The notes under the pieces were generated by a model. The model saw nothing but the letters and a program-made list of their open reading frames with translations. It did not search any database and was not told the DNA's origin. From NCBI GenBank assembly GCA_976551045.1, contig CDPCPM010000063.1, positions 18,786,001 to 18,850,000 of the forward strand: a DNA stretch of 64,000 nucleotides, read 5' to 3'. Position 1 is the stretch's first letter. Every line of letters begins with the position of its first letter. This document shows, one piece after another, positions 1-12,519 of this stretch. The translations under genes were made by a program, and so were the position numbers. This stretch comes from Glaucostegus cemiculus. Lineage: Eukaryota.

Positions 1-1015
1 AGTTTTTCAAGGAGATGAAAAAATAAATTAATGAAAGTAGAGCATGCATGTGGTGTATGTGGACTTTATAGTTAGGCATTTGACAAGGTTCTCCATGGTA
101 GGCTAATCCAGAAAGTCATGTGGCATGGGATCCATGGTGACCTAGATTGAGTGGATTTGGAATTGGCTCGCCCACAGAAGGCAGAGGGTAGTAGTAGATG
201 GAGCGTATTCTCCCTGAAGTTTGATGACTGGTGGTGTTCCACAGGGACCTGTTCTGGGACCCCTGCTCTTTGTGATTTTTATAAATGACTTGGATGAGGA
301 AGTGCAAGGGTGGGTTAGTAAATTTGCAGATGATACGAAGGCTGGAGGTGTTGTGGATAGTGTAGAAGGTTGTCATAGGCCACAATAGGATATAGACAGG
401 ATGCAGAGTTGGGCAGAGAAATGGTAGATTTCTAGCTGGCCTTCACTAGTTGGGAGATTGAGTTCAAGTGCTGTGAGGTAATATTTCAGCTCCTTAAAAT
501 TCTGATTAGACCACACTTAGAGTATTGTGTTCATTTCTGGTTGCCTCATTACAGGAAGGATGTGGCAGCTTTAGAGAGGATACAGAGGAGATGTACCAGG
601 ATGCCACCTGGATTAGAGAACATGTCTTATGTGGAAAGGTTGAGCGAGCTGGGGCTTTTCTCTTTGGAGCAACACAGGAAGAGAGGCGACTTGACAAAGG
701 TGTATAAGATTATGAGGGGCATGGATAGAGTGGGCAGACAGCACCTTTTCCCCAGGGGGGCAATGGCCAATACCAGAGGACATCAGTTTAAGGTCAGTGG
801 AGGGAAGTTAGGGGAGATGTCAGAGGTAGATGTTTTGCCTGGAACTCACTGCCGGAGATTGTAGTAGAGGCTGATGCTATACGGAAATTTAAAAGACTCT
901 TAGATAGATAGACACATGGAGTTTTATGGGCTGGTAGGAGGGAAGGGTTTAATTGATCAAGGAATAGATGTATTCCAATGAAGGGCCCAATCTGTGCTGC
1001 ATGGTTCTATGTTCT
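1..1015 (+). mobile_element. CR1 LINE 3' part (RT domain and tail), with an internal deletion near 430
   Basis: Encodes AFDKV, GVPQG..LGPLLF, KFADDTK and PHYRKDVAALERIQRR..RM, and ends in a ttctatgttcta tail. Confidence 0.92.
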
Positions 1016-1019
1016 AATA

Positions 1020-2070
1020 TTCAGAAGTTAGAAAGGTCACCAGGAAAACAAAGTGCAGTTGTACAGGTAATATCCATGGGGATTGGCAGGTTGATTATGA
1101 CCAAGAAATAGGTGAGCCTAGTCAAAAATTATATCCTCCCCTATTGTATCCCTTCATGTTAAGTTGCCTGTTCTATGCTAGTACCACTAAAGAGAAAAGC
1201 CCATATGTCGAGTAAACTTCAGGTGACATGGATCACCCAAACATGGGAAATCCAGCTAGCATACTAATTAGGGATTGAGTTGTTTCCAATGCATTGGCTG
1301 CTGGAGTGTGAAGGGAAGCTGTAGACCTCCCATTACATGTAGCATCACTAGCTTCTCCCCCAGGATCTCTATAGTCAGGTGCATACATGTGATTCCAGCC
1401 CTTAGATTATTCTGAGCTCCAGGCTAATGCCCAACAGTTAGGGTCAATTATTCCACAAGTATACCACATAGAGTTGGGAGACTATCTGCAGCCATTATCT
1501 TTCAGAAGATAGTGATATAAAGCATGTTGTTTTGAAAACACTTTTCCCAGAATTACAAAGTAGCCTCTCCTTTATTATGTTTAATCAATGTACTGGCCTA
1601 CACAATATGATCATTGTTGTACAAACAACTTTGAGAATAGATACGGTAGACTTGGGAGAAAAATTAAATCAAACTAACCAAGGTCTCCATGAAGGTCCCA
1701 CGGTGTTTGGGAACCAGTTGTTTGAGTTATAAGATGTTGCAGGAACATCCTAGTGAGACTCTTCACAGGGAAAAAAATAAAATTGCTTATAAAAGCTTGT
1801 TTTATAAGAATATACAGCCTAGTTGCAGACTGCCCTACTTATAATACATCATGGACTGATCTACTACAAGATGCAATCAGTGTACAGATGGTTGCTGAAA
1901 GGAAATCTGTTACCCAGAGGAAGGCACCCAGCACCCTTTCATCTGTGCCACCCCTTAACAGGTAAGCAGTATGTTTTAATTATGGTAAGAGCAGACATAT
2001 TCACCAAGATTGGAGGACAAACAAATTTTATAATCCAAGTTCTGTTGTGGATCAGAGGTTATAAATTGTG
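1020..2070 (+). mobile_element. Highly degraded endogenous retrovirus pol remnants
   Basis: QGLHEGPTVF resembles RT PQGFxNSPTxF. RCNQC followed by KQYVLIMVRADIFTK resembles the integrase zinc finger and the core YxLVxVDxFS. Many stops and deletions. Confidence 0.5.
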
Positions 2071-2884
2071 AAATCTTGGAGACTGTTGGAGGTTTGGTTG
2101 ATGTGAGGGCGTTTGAATGTACGTGTTTGCATGGTCAGTAACTCCTAGAATTCCTTTGTTTAAAAGCCTTAAAGCTTAAAGTCCTTAAAGTTTATACAAT
2201 TGTGTCCTAAACTATTCAGTTTAACTCTTGAGGGTAAGTTATACTCTGTTTCAGACTAATTAAAATACATGAATGAATTTTTCAAATGATATGTAAGGTT
2301 TTTCAATGTTCAACTGGTTTTGATTTACACAAAGAGAGAGTGCTTGAGGGAGGGAGGAGGTGAAAAGGCTGTTAGGTGTTTGTTACATCTATGCTCAGAG
2401 AAAATTTGTATTGATCCAATGTTCTGTCTGAACTGATTAGGTACAAGGGAATAGGATGTGACTAAAGGCAAGGTTTTGTGTTACTTAATTAGAAATAAAG
2501 TTGCAGGGTCACATACTTTAAGAAGCTCTGTAAATGTGAGCACTGTGTGAGGCTTCTCTTTTTCCTCTGTTTCTTTGTTCTTTGGTAGAAGTGTTCAAGT
2601 GTTATTTCACCCTATAATTAACTATTTTTGAGTATTATAGTTATCATCAAAGGTTCATAAAGAAAGAATGCACAAACCTGCATTTTGTTTCTTTTTGCTC
2701 TGTTCTAAGTGCATGTTGTTTTGTATTGTTTTGTTTCTGTTTTCCTTGGTTTAAAGCTATTCTATTTTAATCAATAGCAATTGTTATCCGCATTAATATT
2801 GGAGGAGATAGAAACAAGTTCCTGGATTCTACAATGGTCATGGGGTACTGTTCCCGGAAATGGTTCATGTGGGTCTTGGGGGTA

Positions 2885-3568
2885 TTAAGAATTCTGGACA
2901 CAGTTTGATTTGCTAACGAAGAGAACTTTATTATAAGCTACAGACGCAGAACGCAGGGCAGGATGGACGGGAACAGGGGTACATTCACTCACACACACAC
3001 ACTTGGATACCCGCGAGACACGAGAGAGAGATCGCAACGGGGGTAAAATAAACACACACACACACTGATGCACACAGGTAATAAGTAACAGTATACTGCT
3101 TCAGGATATAACACTACAGTGCTGGGCCCACCCTAGCACTGGTTCTAACACTACCCGGAGTTTGTGTGGAACACTCCCTGACCATGCGGTGATGAAACCT
3201 TACCAAAGGTTTCTATACTGTTACCTCACTACTCCCAGATCGTAGAAAGAGAAAGCACTGGGGTCTCAGTTCTTTTTATAGTGCTGGAAGGCTGGCTGGA
3301 GCCTTACTGTTACCATCTGAAAGAGCCAATGGTGCAGAGGTCAAGGACAAAAGCCTCTGCCACAGCCAATGGTCAAGGGAGGTCAAAGCCAAAAGAACTG
3401 GTTAGACATGTTTAGGGTCAAGGGATACCTTCCCTTCTGAGGGGTGGGGGAGCTGCACCTTGATTGACAGGAGGATGACTTCCGATTAGAAGGAGCAATA
3501 CTGTCCTCTGGTCAGCGGGGGTCAGTGTCACTGCTGTCACGTGACAGTCATGTTGATTTCTCACAACA
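2885..3568 (-). mobile_element. Solo LTR
   Basis: The minus strand begins TGTTGTGAG, has TATAAAAA at about 3273-3280, AATAAA at 2927-2932 near the 3' end, and two agccaatgg CCAAT repeats. CpGs are retained. Candidate 4-bp TSD GGTA at 2881-2884 and 3569-3572. Confidence 0.65.
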
Positions 3569-4264
3569 GGTACTAAGTTCTTGTTGTGAGTTATATGAGC
3601 ATTTCCTTACATGGATGCATGTTTCCTACATATTAATATCAAACTAATATCTCCTGATGAATTAGACATAGATATTCAGGTAATTTAATCCCATTCAGAA
3701 GTACTTATGGAAAATTTCTCAATTGATGGATAACTTCCTGTCTGTGAATAAGAATGTCCGAAGAAGAATGCTGCTTACATGGTGCTATGTGCTTGTGATG
3801 CTGTTGTAGGTAAGATTTTCATTGCTCCTGTGCATACATGCACTTGTGCATGTGACAATAAACTTGATTTTGACTTTGAAATTGCTATTTTGTTTTATTC
3901 AGGAGGTCTGGAAAAAGGTACTGTTATATACAGCGTTTGCATAACACCAAGTTACTAACTCAGTCCTTGATTCTTTAAGTACCATAAATGTCTGGATATA
4001 TCCCTACGTATTTTGCCTTTGTTCATTTTTCCCTTCCTAATGTTGGACTGACAGATATATCAGTTTTGTTTCTGCATTTAAAGTTTTCTTTCCTGATATG
4101 CAGCAAAATACCAGAATGGGATTCTCTTATTTTAGTTGTACTCAAGATCTGACCACTCCACTAGACTTAAGATGGAGTCAAAAATTTTGTTCTCAAGCTT
4201 TTAACCATTTCAATATTATCAAACTTTAGAAATTCACACATTTTTAACATTTTCTCATGACATA

Positions 4265-4572
4265 AAAGGAGGCCATTCAGTCCAATGAGTGTATTCCGGC
4301 TCCCATCAATCCCCTTCCCCAATTTATTTACCCAAATCTTTTTTTACATTACCATCAACACCACCCAGATTTTTCTAAGACCCAGCTACCTACCAGGGGT
4401 GATTTACAGTAGTGAATCAACCAGCAGATTTTTGGAACGTGAAAGAAAAGCAGAGCACCCAGAGGAAGTCCATACAGTCACAGAGAAAACGTGCAAGCTC
4501 CATGCAGACAGCACAGAAGGTCAGGATCGAATCTGGGTCACTGGAGCCATGAGCAGCTGCACCACTGTGTTG
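4265..4572 (-). mobile_element. Degraded tRNA-derived V-SINE-like element
   Basis: Contains the gagcacccagaggaa...cacagagaaaacgtgcaagctcc core shared with other copies in the window. Confidence 0.7.
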
Positions 4573-4719
4573 CAAACTGGAAGAGTCTGTGGTCTGATGG
4601 AAGTATATAGAATGAAGGGAGGCAAAGATATGGTAGGCACAAGAAATTCTGCAGATGCAGGAATCTGGAGGAATACACTAAAAGTGATGGAGGAACTCAG
4701 CAGGTCAGGCAGCATCCAT

Positions 4720-5025
4720 GGTGGCCAAGGGTGGAAATATCAAATACTAGAGGGCATGGGGTTAAGGTGAGAAGGCGAAAGTTTAAAGGAGATGTACAAG
4801 GCAAGTTTTTCACAGAGTGGTGGGTGTCTGGAAAGCACTGCCTGGGGAATTGGGGGATGCAGATATGAAAGCAACATTTAAGAAGCATTTAGACCTAAAC
4901 AGACAGGGAATTAAGGAACACAGACTGTGTACGGGCAGATGGGATTAGTTAGACTGGCATCATGGTCGGTGCTGACTTTGTGGGCCAACGGACCTGTTCC
5001 AGTGTCTTACTGTTCTGTGTTCTAC
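4720..5025 (+). mobile_element. CR1 3' end, preceded by a Penelope-type terminal fragment (4638-4720)
   Basis: actagagggcatggg.ttaaggtgaga...tactgttctgtgttcta; upstream is cacaagaaattctgcagatgc...ggaggaactcagcaggtcaggcagcatc. Confidence 0.75.
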
Positions 5026-5029
5026 ATCG

Positions 5030-5420
5030 TCAAATTTGGCTACTTATGAAAATCTGGCTGCATCTTCTGCTTGCACTGTATTGACATGGAAGCTGTGAAA
5101 ATAGTCACTGGATCTCCAACAGAACCATTCTCAGTGAAGACTGGGGTCAAACAAAGCTGCCAGAACACTTTCACAATTTTTCTTGCCACAATGTTGCATG
5201 CCTCGTCCAACACACTTCCTGCAGGGGAAACTGTTCAACCTACACGACTGCACTCCAGAACCAAGGTCACCCGGCCTTAGTAGTCATATAGCAGTCTGCA
5301 GACGACTGCATATGCACACGCGCAGAAGTCAAGCTCCAAGCCATTGCTGACACTTTCCCCGATGCATATGAGGGATTGGGTCCTATACTTGACATCGGCA
5401 AGACAAAGATCTTATGCCAA
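5030..5420 (+). mobile_element. RTE-clade LINE RT fragment
   Basis: Encodes TEPFSVKTGVKQSC (RTE consensus FxVxTGVKQGC), followed by a degenerate ADD and GLxLxIxKTK. Confidence 0.75.
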
Positions 5421-6552
5421 TCTGGCCTTGTGTTTATAAGCAATACATAATTATGATCACCACAATCAATAAATACACAAGCACTCAAGGCAAAAACTGT
5501 ATCATGTGCCAAAGATTTTACCTGAAGATTTGACCACAACTACTTCTCTCAGCAAGAATTTCTTGGAAAAAATTTCTGAATTTTGGAATACCCATTCAAG
5601 CTCTTTGTTTATGTCCTGCATTTACTTTAGCTGTATTAGAAACTGCACTTTTCAAAGTATTGCCTCACTAAATTACATGAAATAACCAGTTTTAACAAGA
5701 ATAACACTCTACAACTTGATTAACTCCATTATTTTTTCAGCCCTCTGGCTGATCGCTTTTCTTGCTGGAGCTAGTAAAGACAGACTTGTTCCTCCTTCTT
5801 ATCAACTAAAACACTGACTGGAATCCATTTCATTGATTAATGTTGCTAACAGAAGCATATATAAGGGCTAAGATTAATAGTGGATTTAACCTTCTCCTTC
5901 ATTGGGAATTCACAATCTTGAAATGTGCTATTTTTAAGAATAATTTTGTTAGTAAGTCATCAATTACAGGACAAAAGCAAACATTCTGGTAATTTCCATT
6001 AAGCAAAATTTTATCCACACAAATGAAACTGAAAATCATTACAATATTGCTACAAATGTGTTAAAGATCAATGACATAAAAGTTGTTAACAAACTTACCA
6101 GAGATTTATGGTCCATTAAATTTGATTGCAAAATGAAAAAACTGTAAATAAAAACACAGCTTAGGTACATCATAGACTTTTATTCACTTTGTTTTATTTG
6201 TTACTACACGGTGAATGCTTTTGGGTGAGAAAGAAATTTTAACTTTCAAACCAGTCCATTCTGAGTTTATCAGAGGCAGAAATAGGATGGCCAAGCAATC
6301 TGTTTTTAGGTGATACTTTGGTCAGTGAAATCATTTAAAATGGCTGCCTGCCTCCATAGTCTATTTAAACCTATGGTTGTTTCCAGGATTTTGGGAATGC
6401 AGACAGGTTAATGGAAGCCAAAAGGGCTAAATCCACTCCACCACTACTTGTCAGCAAAGAAGAAAATAAGTACTTCCTCCAAGCCCATCAAATCTAACTC
6501 TGTAACATTCCATAATCACCAGGTCTTACCTCCAATCCCAGTGATTATATAT

Positions 6553-7020
6553 AGTCATACAACACAAAAATAGGCCCCTCAGTTCACCATGCCTATGCCA
6601 ACCATTGTGACCATCTATATTAATCTTGTTTACTAGCACTTGGTCTTCTCTGTCTTGCTGATTCAACTGCTCATCCAGTTACCTCTTAAATGTTATGAGG
6701 GAACCTGCCTCCACCCACCAATCAGGCAGTGCATTCCAGATCCCACCCCTCTCTGCGTGAAACAATATTCCTCAGATCCCTTCTAAATCTCTTAACCTTT
6801 ACCCTAAACCTCGAGTTATAAACATACGTGCTATGCAGAGAAGTTTCCTTCTATCTATACTACCTACGCCTCTCATAATTTTGAATATCTCTATCAGGTA
6901 TCCCCTCAGCCTTCTGTGCTCCAAGGAAAGTCAACCCAGCCTATATTCCTCTCAGCCCCACCCTTCCATGTACCTATCCAAGTGCTTCTTAAATGTTGCT
7001 ATTGTACCTGCCAATGTTGC
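6553..7020 (-). mobile_element. CR1 3' end
   Basis: Contains caggcagtgcattccagatccc...ccctcagccttctgtgctccaagga, the antisense of a CR1 3' end. Confidence 0.8.
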
Positions 7021-7146
7021 AATACCTCTTCACTTTTGTTACCCTACTCCTTTCCCAACCCTCCAAGTCAGTTTCATCTGAAAACCCCATAACTAAGAAT
7101 GTTCGATCCATCCTTAAGCCTTGTCACTTTCCATTCAGAACCTTTG

Positions 7147-8449
7147 TGTCATGATTCTGAGTACTGGCCCTTGATTTGGCTCCTTGGATGCCTCATTGTA
7201 CAGCACATGGATTCCATGCTGGACTGATTGCATAATGACACAACCCTCTCATCCCAGGGACTAACCTGCTGAACTTCCTCTGGACTGCATCCAATATTAC
7301 CATATCCTTTTCTTAAGGGGACCAAAACTGTACTCCGTTTTCCAGCATTCAATAGCCTGTCCAACTGTAACAAATCCTCCCTATCTTTAAACTCCAACCC
7401 CTTCAAATGCTCACTCGGGTACCAACCCCCTCTCTTCTCCATCCACGAAGAAGAGATTGCCGTGCCCTCAGTTCAAGACCATCTCCACCGTTGCCACAAG
7501 GTCTGGGAGGACACACGTGCAGTCCTGCTCCATACCGCTGATCGCAACTGGAGATTTGCTGATCATCGGTGGGTTCCCGCACCTGTGTACCAGCCTGGGC
7601 AGAAGGTTTGGCTCTCGGCTAAGGACATTCCCCTCAAGGATGAGCCCAAGAAACTAGCTCCTCGCTTCTTGGGACCTTTTGAAATTGAGCGGATCATTAA
7701 ACCCACCACAGTCCGGCTCAAATTGCCTAAGACCCTGAGGATACATCCCACTTTCCACGTGTCTCAGGTGAAGCCAGTGGCTAGCAGTCCATTGTGCCCT
7801 CCAGCCAAGCCCACTCCGCCCCCCCAGATTGTTGATGACTACTCAGCGTACACCGTCCGGTGTTTATTGGATGTACGCCGCCGGGGTAGGGGCCTGCAGT
7901 ACTTGGTCTATTGGGAGGGATACGGTCCAAAGGAACATTCCTGGGTTCCTCGCTCCTTTATTTTGGATCCCTCCCTACTTTGGGACTTCCATCAGAACCA
8001 TTCAGACAAGCCTGGCGGGTCGCCGAGAGGCTCCCATTGCGGGGAGGCTACTGTCATGATTCTGAGTACTGGCCCTTGATTTGGTTCCTTGGATGCCTCG
8101 TTGTACAGCACATGGATTCCATGCTGGACTGATTGCATAATGACACACACCTGAGCCCCCTCAGGGGCCTAGCATAAGTACCTGGGTTTCTCTAGCACTA
8201 GTTGCCAGAGGATTGGTCAACCTTTGGCTCCTTGCTGCTTAGAGTGGTCTACTCTAGAACAGTCCTGTGTTCTCTAGTCCTGCTTGAAGATTCAGTTTGT
8301 GTTGGGATTACTACTCAGATCTCCAAGGCAAGATTTCCTTCCAGTTGCTGCCTGTGTTTGGCCCTGAGGAAGTACCCTGACTCCAGTCTTGTACCAGTGT
8401 GCTGCATTTGGGTTCTCTGTGAGCTTGCTCTTCAATTGACATTGTGACA
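7147..8449 (+). mobile_element. Internally deleted Ty3/Gypsy chromovirus-type LTR retrotransposon
   Basis: 5-bp TSD CTTTG at 7142-7146 and 8450-8454. Complete 3' LTR 8052-8449 (TGTCA...TGACA) preceded by the PPT ggggaggctac. Truncated 5' LTR 7147-7242 has 2 mismatches in 96 bp against the 3' LTR. Confidence 0.95.
7406..8079 (+). pseudogene. Gypsy integrase C-terminus with GPY/F module and chromodomain (open frame, 5' truncated)
   Basis: Encodes [43 protein letters not shown] and the chromodomain [40 protein letters not shown]. Confidence 0.92.
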
Positions 8450-9159
8450 CTTTGTTCCTGGAACAAAGCATGAAATGATTTTAATGTGGTCAGGTTTGAC
8501 TCAAAGATGCATCCACACCTCACCACTTTAACCAGTGTGTAGGATAGAAAAGTCCAAACTGACTCTGAATTGATGAAGCTACAGAGTCACATATTTCATG
8601 TGTCAGCATTTGCCAGTTTCAAATCATGATTACCTGTAAACTGCAACACAGTGCAGAGATGAACAACTTCTCACCATTGATTGTTGTACTGTAATTGTGT
8701 GGCTAAAGTGACTTGTAATTGCTTGGAGAATGCATTTGTATCCAAACATATGGGTCCATTTTGCACTGGATTTTGTATGAATACTTTAAATGGGACTATT
8801 TAAGTGGGAATTATGTTTCACATAATTCAATTGCAACCATGGATTTGCCTAAGTAGCAAAACAACTAATGCCCTGGTTGGTGTTAGCTTTTTGATAAATG
8901 CTACAGCATTCAAAATTCTTATCAGGACATTGAATAGAACCCAAAGCTGAGACATGCAGAGACCTAATTTAAAACAGCATGATTTCATATTTGAATCATT
9001 CAGAGGTATTCATTTAAAATGTGAAAGTACAAATCTAACTTTTGGCCATCAGCCAGGTCTCTTTGCTCAGTCTATAAACTGAGCGCTAAATAAAGTTTGA
9101 AGTAACTGTTGGACCTATGTCTTCAGGGCCCTACCCTACAGCCTTAGCAACTGCTGTTC

Positions 9160-9450
9160 AGTCCTGACTTTTGGTGCGAACTGCATGGAGTTTGCATGTA
9201 CTTCCTGTAACCGTGCGGGTTTCTCCTGGGTGCTCTAGTTTCTTCCCTCATCCTAAAGACAAGAGGGTTGGTAGGTTAATTGGCCACCATCATTTGTCCC
9301 TGGTGTGTAGGTGAGTGGTTGAATCTGGGTGTAGTTAATGGGAATATCGGTTACAAGGAAAATTAGTGGGGAATGATGCTGCTCTGTGAGCTGGCACAGA
9401 GTCAATGGGCCAAAATGTCCTCCTTCCATAACATAAGGAAATATAGAAAT
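9160..9450 (+). mobile_element. V-SINE-like element
   Basis: ggagtttgcatg...gggtttctcctgggtgctctagtttctt core with a CR1-like tail (gggccaaaatgtcctcc). Confidence 0.75.
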
Positions 9451-9741
9451 TCTATTACTCTGGACACTTCTGAGCAACAATCTGCAAGAAGGATATTATA
9501 CCACTGGGAAGAGTGCAGACAAGAATACAGACTGTCTGTCTGTGCTGGGGTTATTTACTACAGAGCAAGAGAATGAAGGGAGATTTTGCTGAGTTGTATA
9601 AATGGTGATAAGGTTAAACAGAATAAACAAAAGGGATCAACTTCCTCCAGCAGAGAAGTCAGTAAATATGGAGCATAGAATTAATTTTGTTGGTAGAAGG
9701 AATAGAAGAGATTTGAGGAAAACATATTTCACTGAACAAGG

Positions 9742-10008
9742 AGACACAAGAAATTCTGCAGATGCTGGAAATAATCTGGAGCAATACACAAAAATTGCTG
9801 GAGGAACTCAGCAGGTCAGGCAGCATCTATGGAGGGAAATAAACAGTCGACGTTTCTGGCTGAGACCCTTCATCAGGACTGGAAAGGAAGGGGGCAGAAG
9901 CCAAATTAAGAAGGTGGGGGCAGGGCTTCTTCCCTCTTCCTTTCCAGTCCTGATGAAGGGTCCTGATGACCTGCTGAAATCCTCCAGCACATTTTGTGCA
10001 TTGTTTCA
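9742..10008. mobile_element. Fold-back element made of Penelope-type (MER6-like) termini
   Basis: acccttcatcaggactggaaaggaag (9865-9890) is inverted as cttcctttccagtcctgatgaagggt (9936-9961). The outer arms gctggaggaactcagcaggtca / tgacctgctgaaatcctccagc also pair. Confidence 0.75.
9844..9881 (-). ncRNA. Minimal type-I hammerhead ribozyme motif (Penelope-associated)
   Basis: The minus strand reads CAGUC CUGAUGA A GGGUCUCAGCCA GAAA CGUC GACUG: helix I CAGUC/GACUG, intact core, palindromic ACGU in place of helix III, GUC cleavage triplet, and one mismatch at the base of helix II. Confidence 0.7.
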
Positions 10009-11509
10009 CTGAATAAGTGATGAGGGTCTGAAACTCATAGCCAGAAATCCTCACTCCCATTCAAAAAGTATGTGAATAAGCAAGAAGAGCTGTCAAATTA
10101 AGAGCTGTGGATCAAGAACTTTGAAGAGGGATTAAACTAAAGTCCATTTTTGCCCTGCATGAAAACGGTATGGCTTCCTGCTGTGTTGAAGCTTTTTGTG
10201 ATTTTAACTCCAAGACTCAGTCATTAAACCTTTCAATCTCCCCATGTGCACCTTCTCCCTTAAAATGCTCATTAAAATCTACCAACTTGTAGTTTGCTGT
10301 TCTAATATTTCCTTCAGTAGCAATGTCAAATTTAATGCATTTTACTACATTAAATGCCAGTTAATGTTAATAGGTGTTTGAATGCCATTTCTAGTGATCT
10401 TGTAGCGAATTCCAGGCTCAGGCAGCACCAGGTACTCTCCAACAAGAGTAGATTTACACCCTAAATAGGAACAAAAACTAAGCCAAGTACAAAACCCCTT
10501 CAGCCAGTATCCCATTGCCTGTTTTCTGCCTTGTGGTAAAAGTAGGGTTAAAGCTGAAGAGATTGAACTCCTTAGGGGCATGGAATATTGTCCATATTTA
10601 ATATTGGTTCTATGCAAAATTCTCATAATAGTTGATAATAGCAAGGTTGTGCGTTATATTATCTTTAAGAGACAATTTATCATGCAGAAAGTGGTAATTA
10701 CACACGTTTGTCAGAGCAGTAAGAGACATTTAAGAAGAGGATAGTGGGGGTTCTGAACAAATATGTCCCCATTAAGGGTAAAAGGAGGAGCTTCCATTCC
10801 AGAGGAAAATGAACACTGCCTCTTTGTGCCTCCCTGGGCTCACACAACTAATTCTTAATTTTGGTGGGGATTACTTTTGGCAACTAAAGCAAATTGAAAG
10901 GGGAAAAAAAATGTCTTCACTATAAATACTTGTAAAGCAATAATCGTAGTAAAGACCCTGGGAGAAAGGGCCAGCGTGCTCTCTAACAAGGGAACAGTGT
11001 TTCAAACTAGCATGAGGTAAAAAAGAGGAATAAGCTTTGCCAAGGCAACACTGGCTGTTCATTAACTAAAACACAAAGATCTGTTGTTTGAGGGAAGTAG
11101 TATCTTATTCAATATTCAAATATCTAAGCATATGACTTATGTAAACACATGATTAATTAAAGACCATAGGGAAAATTGTTCCAATGCAATAGTGTTCTGC
11201 CTCATTGTGACTCGTAAATTAAATTGTACGTGTGATTATTTATTTATCATAATTATTTATTAAGTTTACTAATATCAATATCTTTGAATTTTTAGAGAAG
11301 TAGGTCATGTGTGTCCTACTCAACTAGCCGCACAAATTACAGCCACCTCATAAAGTACAACCTACTCTCAAACGTCAGCAAGTGTTTACAAAGTATTGCG
11401 GCTGTGCTATCAAACTGCATTTACTCACCAATAATCTGCTCACTGATACTTATTTTGGCTTTTGCCAGAACTGCTCAGCTCCAGACCACATCACAGCGTT
11501 GGTCCACAT

Positions 11510-12270
11510 ATGAACTAAAGAGCTGAATTGCAGAAGTGAATGAGAGTGACGGGCATCAAGGCAGTCTTCGACTAATGGTTGCATTTAACAGTCCTGATAA
11601 ATCTGAGGTCCATGGGTATCAAAGATGAAATGCTTCAGTAGTTGGTCGTATTTACACAAAGGAAAATTGTTACATGGTTATGATGTTGGAGGTCAATCAT
11701 CCCAGACCCAAGGGGATCACTGCAGGAGATCCTCAGGGCAGGTTCCTAGACCCAACCATCTCCAGCTGCTTCATCAACAACCTTCCTTCCATCATAAGAT
11801 CAGAAGTGGGGATGCTCAGTTCCATTCCCTCTCCTCAGCAAATTAAATAGTCCATGCCTGTATGCAGCAAGACCTGGACAACATTCAAATAAATACCGGG
11901 CAACAATCATCTCAGACAAAGTGTCTAAACAACTACTCTTGATGGCTAAGCACATTACCATTGCCAAGTCACCCATCCCCATACAGTTGTAGTCATTATG
12001 ACTATCAAAAGCCTAGAGGTTACTTTTGACCGGAATCACAACTGACCAGCCAGGCAAATACAGTGGCTACAAGAACATTTCAGAGACTGGGCTATCCTGT
12101 GGCAAGTGATTCATCTCTGATCCCCAAGGCCTTCTCACCATCCACAAAGTACAATCAGGAGCATGATGGAATACTCACCATGTGCCTGGATGAGTGCAGC
12201 ACCAATGACACTCAAGAAGCTCAGCGTTATCCAGGACAAAGCAGTCCATCGGACTGGTAGCCCTGCACCA
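11510..12270 (+). mobile_element. Old CR1/L2-type LINE fragment (second family)
   Basis: Degenerate PQG.VL.P.IFSCFIN.LPSIIRSEV and MEYSPCAWMSAAP.TLKKLSVIQDKA. Confidence 0.8.
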
Positions 12271-12519
12271 CAACTTACATATTTTCAGGTGGATGTAAAA
12301 GATTGCCTGGCAGAATCTGAAGTACAGTCAATATTTAGCCCTCTGATAATGGGACCAAAAACAGATAATCGGGTCATTAATCACACTCAATCAACCAGCC
12401 ACGATGTTTCCTAAGTCATAAGTAAGACTACACTTCACAGATTTTTAATTGATTGGAATTCTTTACACCATGAAGCTAGGTAAGTATTTGAACTATCTGT
12501 GGGTGTGCATTTTAGGGAG

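Noticed and set aside
10345-10644. 99-aa minus-strand ORF in unique sequence
   Set aside because: No recognisable domain and no consistent coding exon chain; only the splice acceptor was noted.
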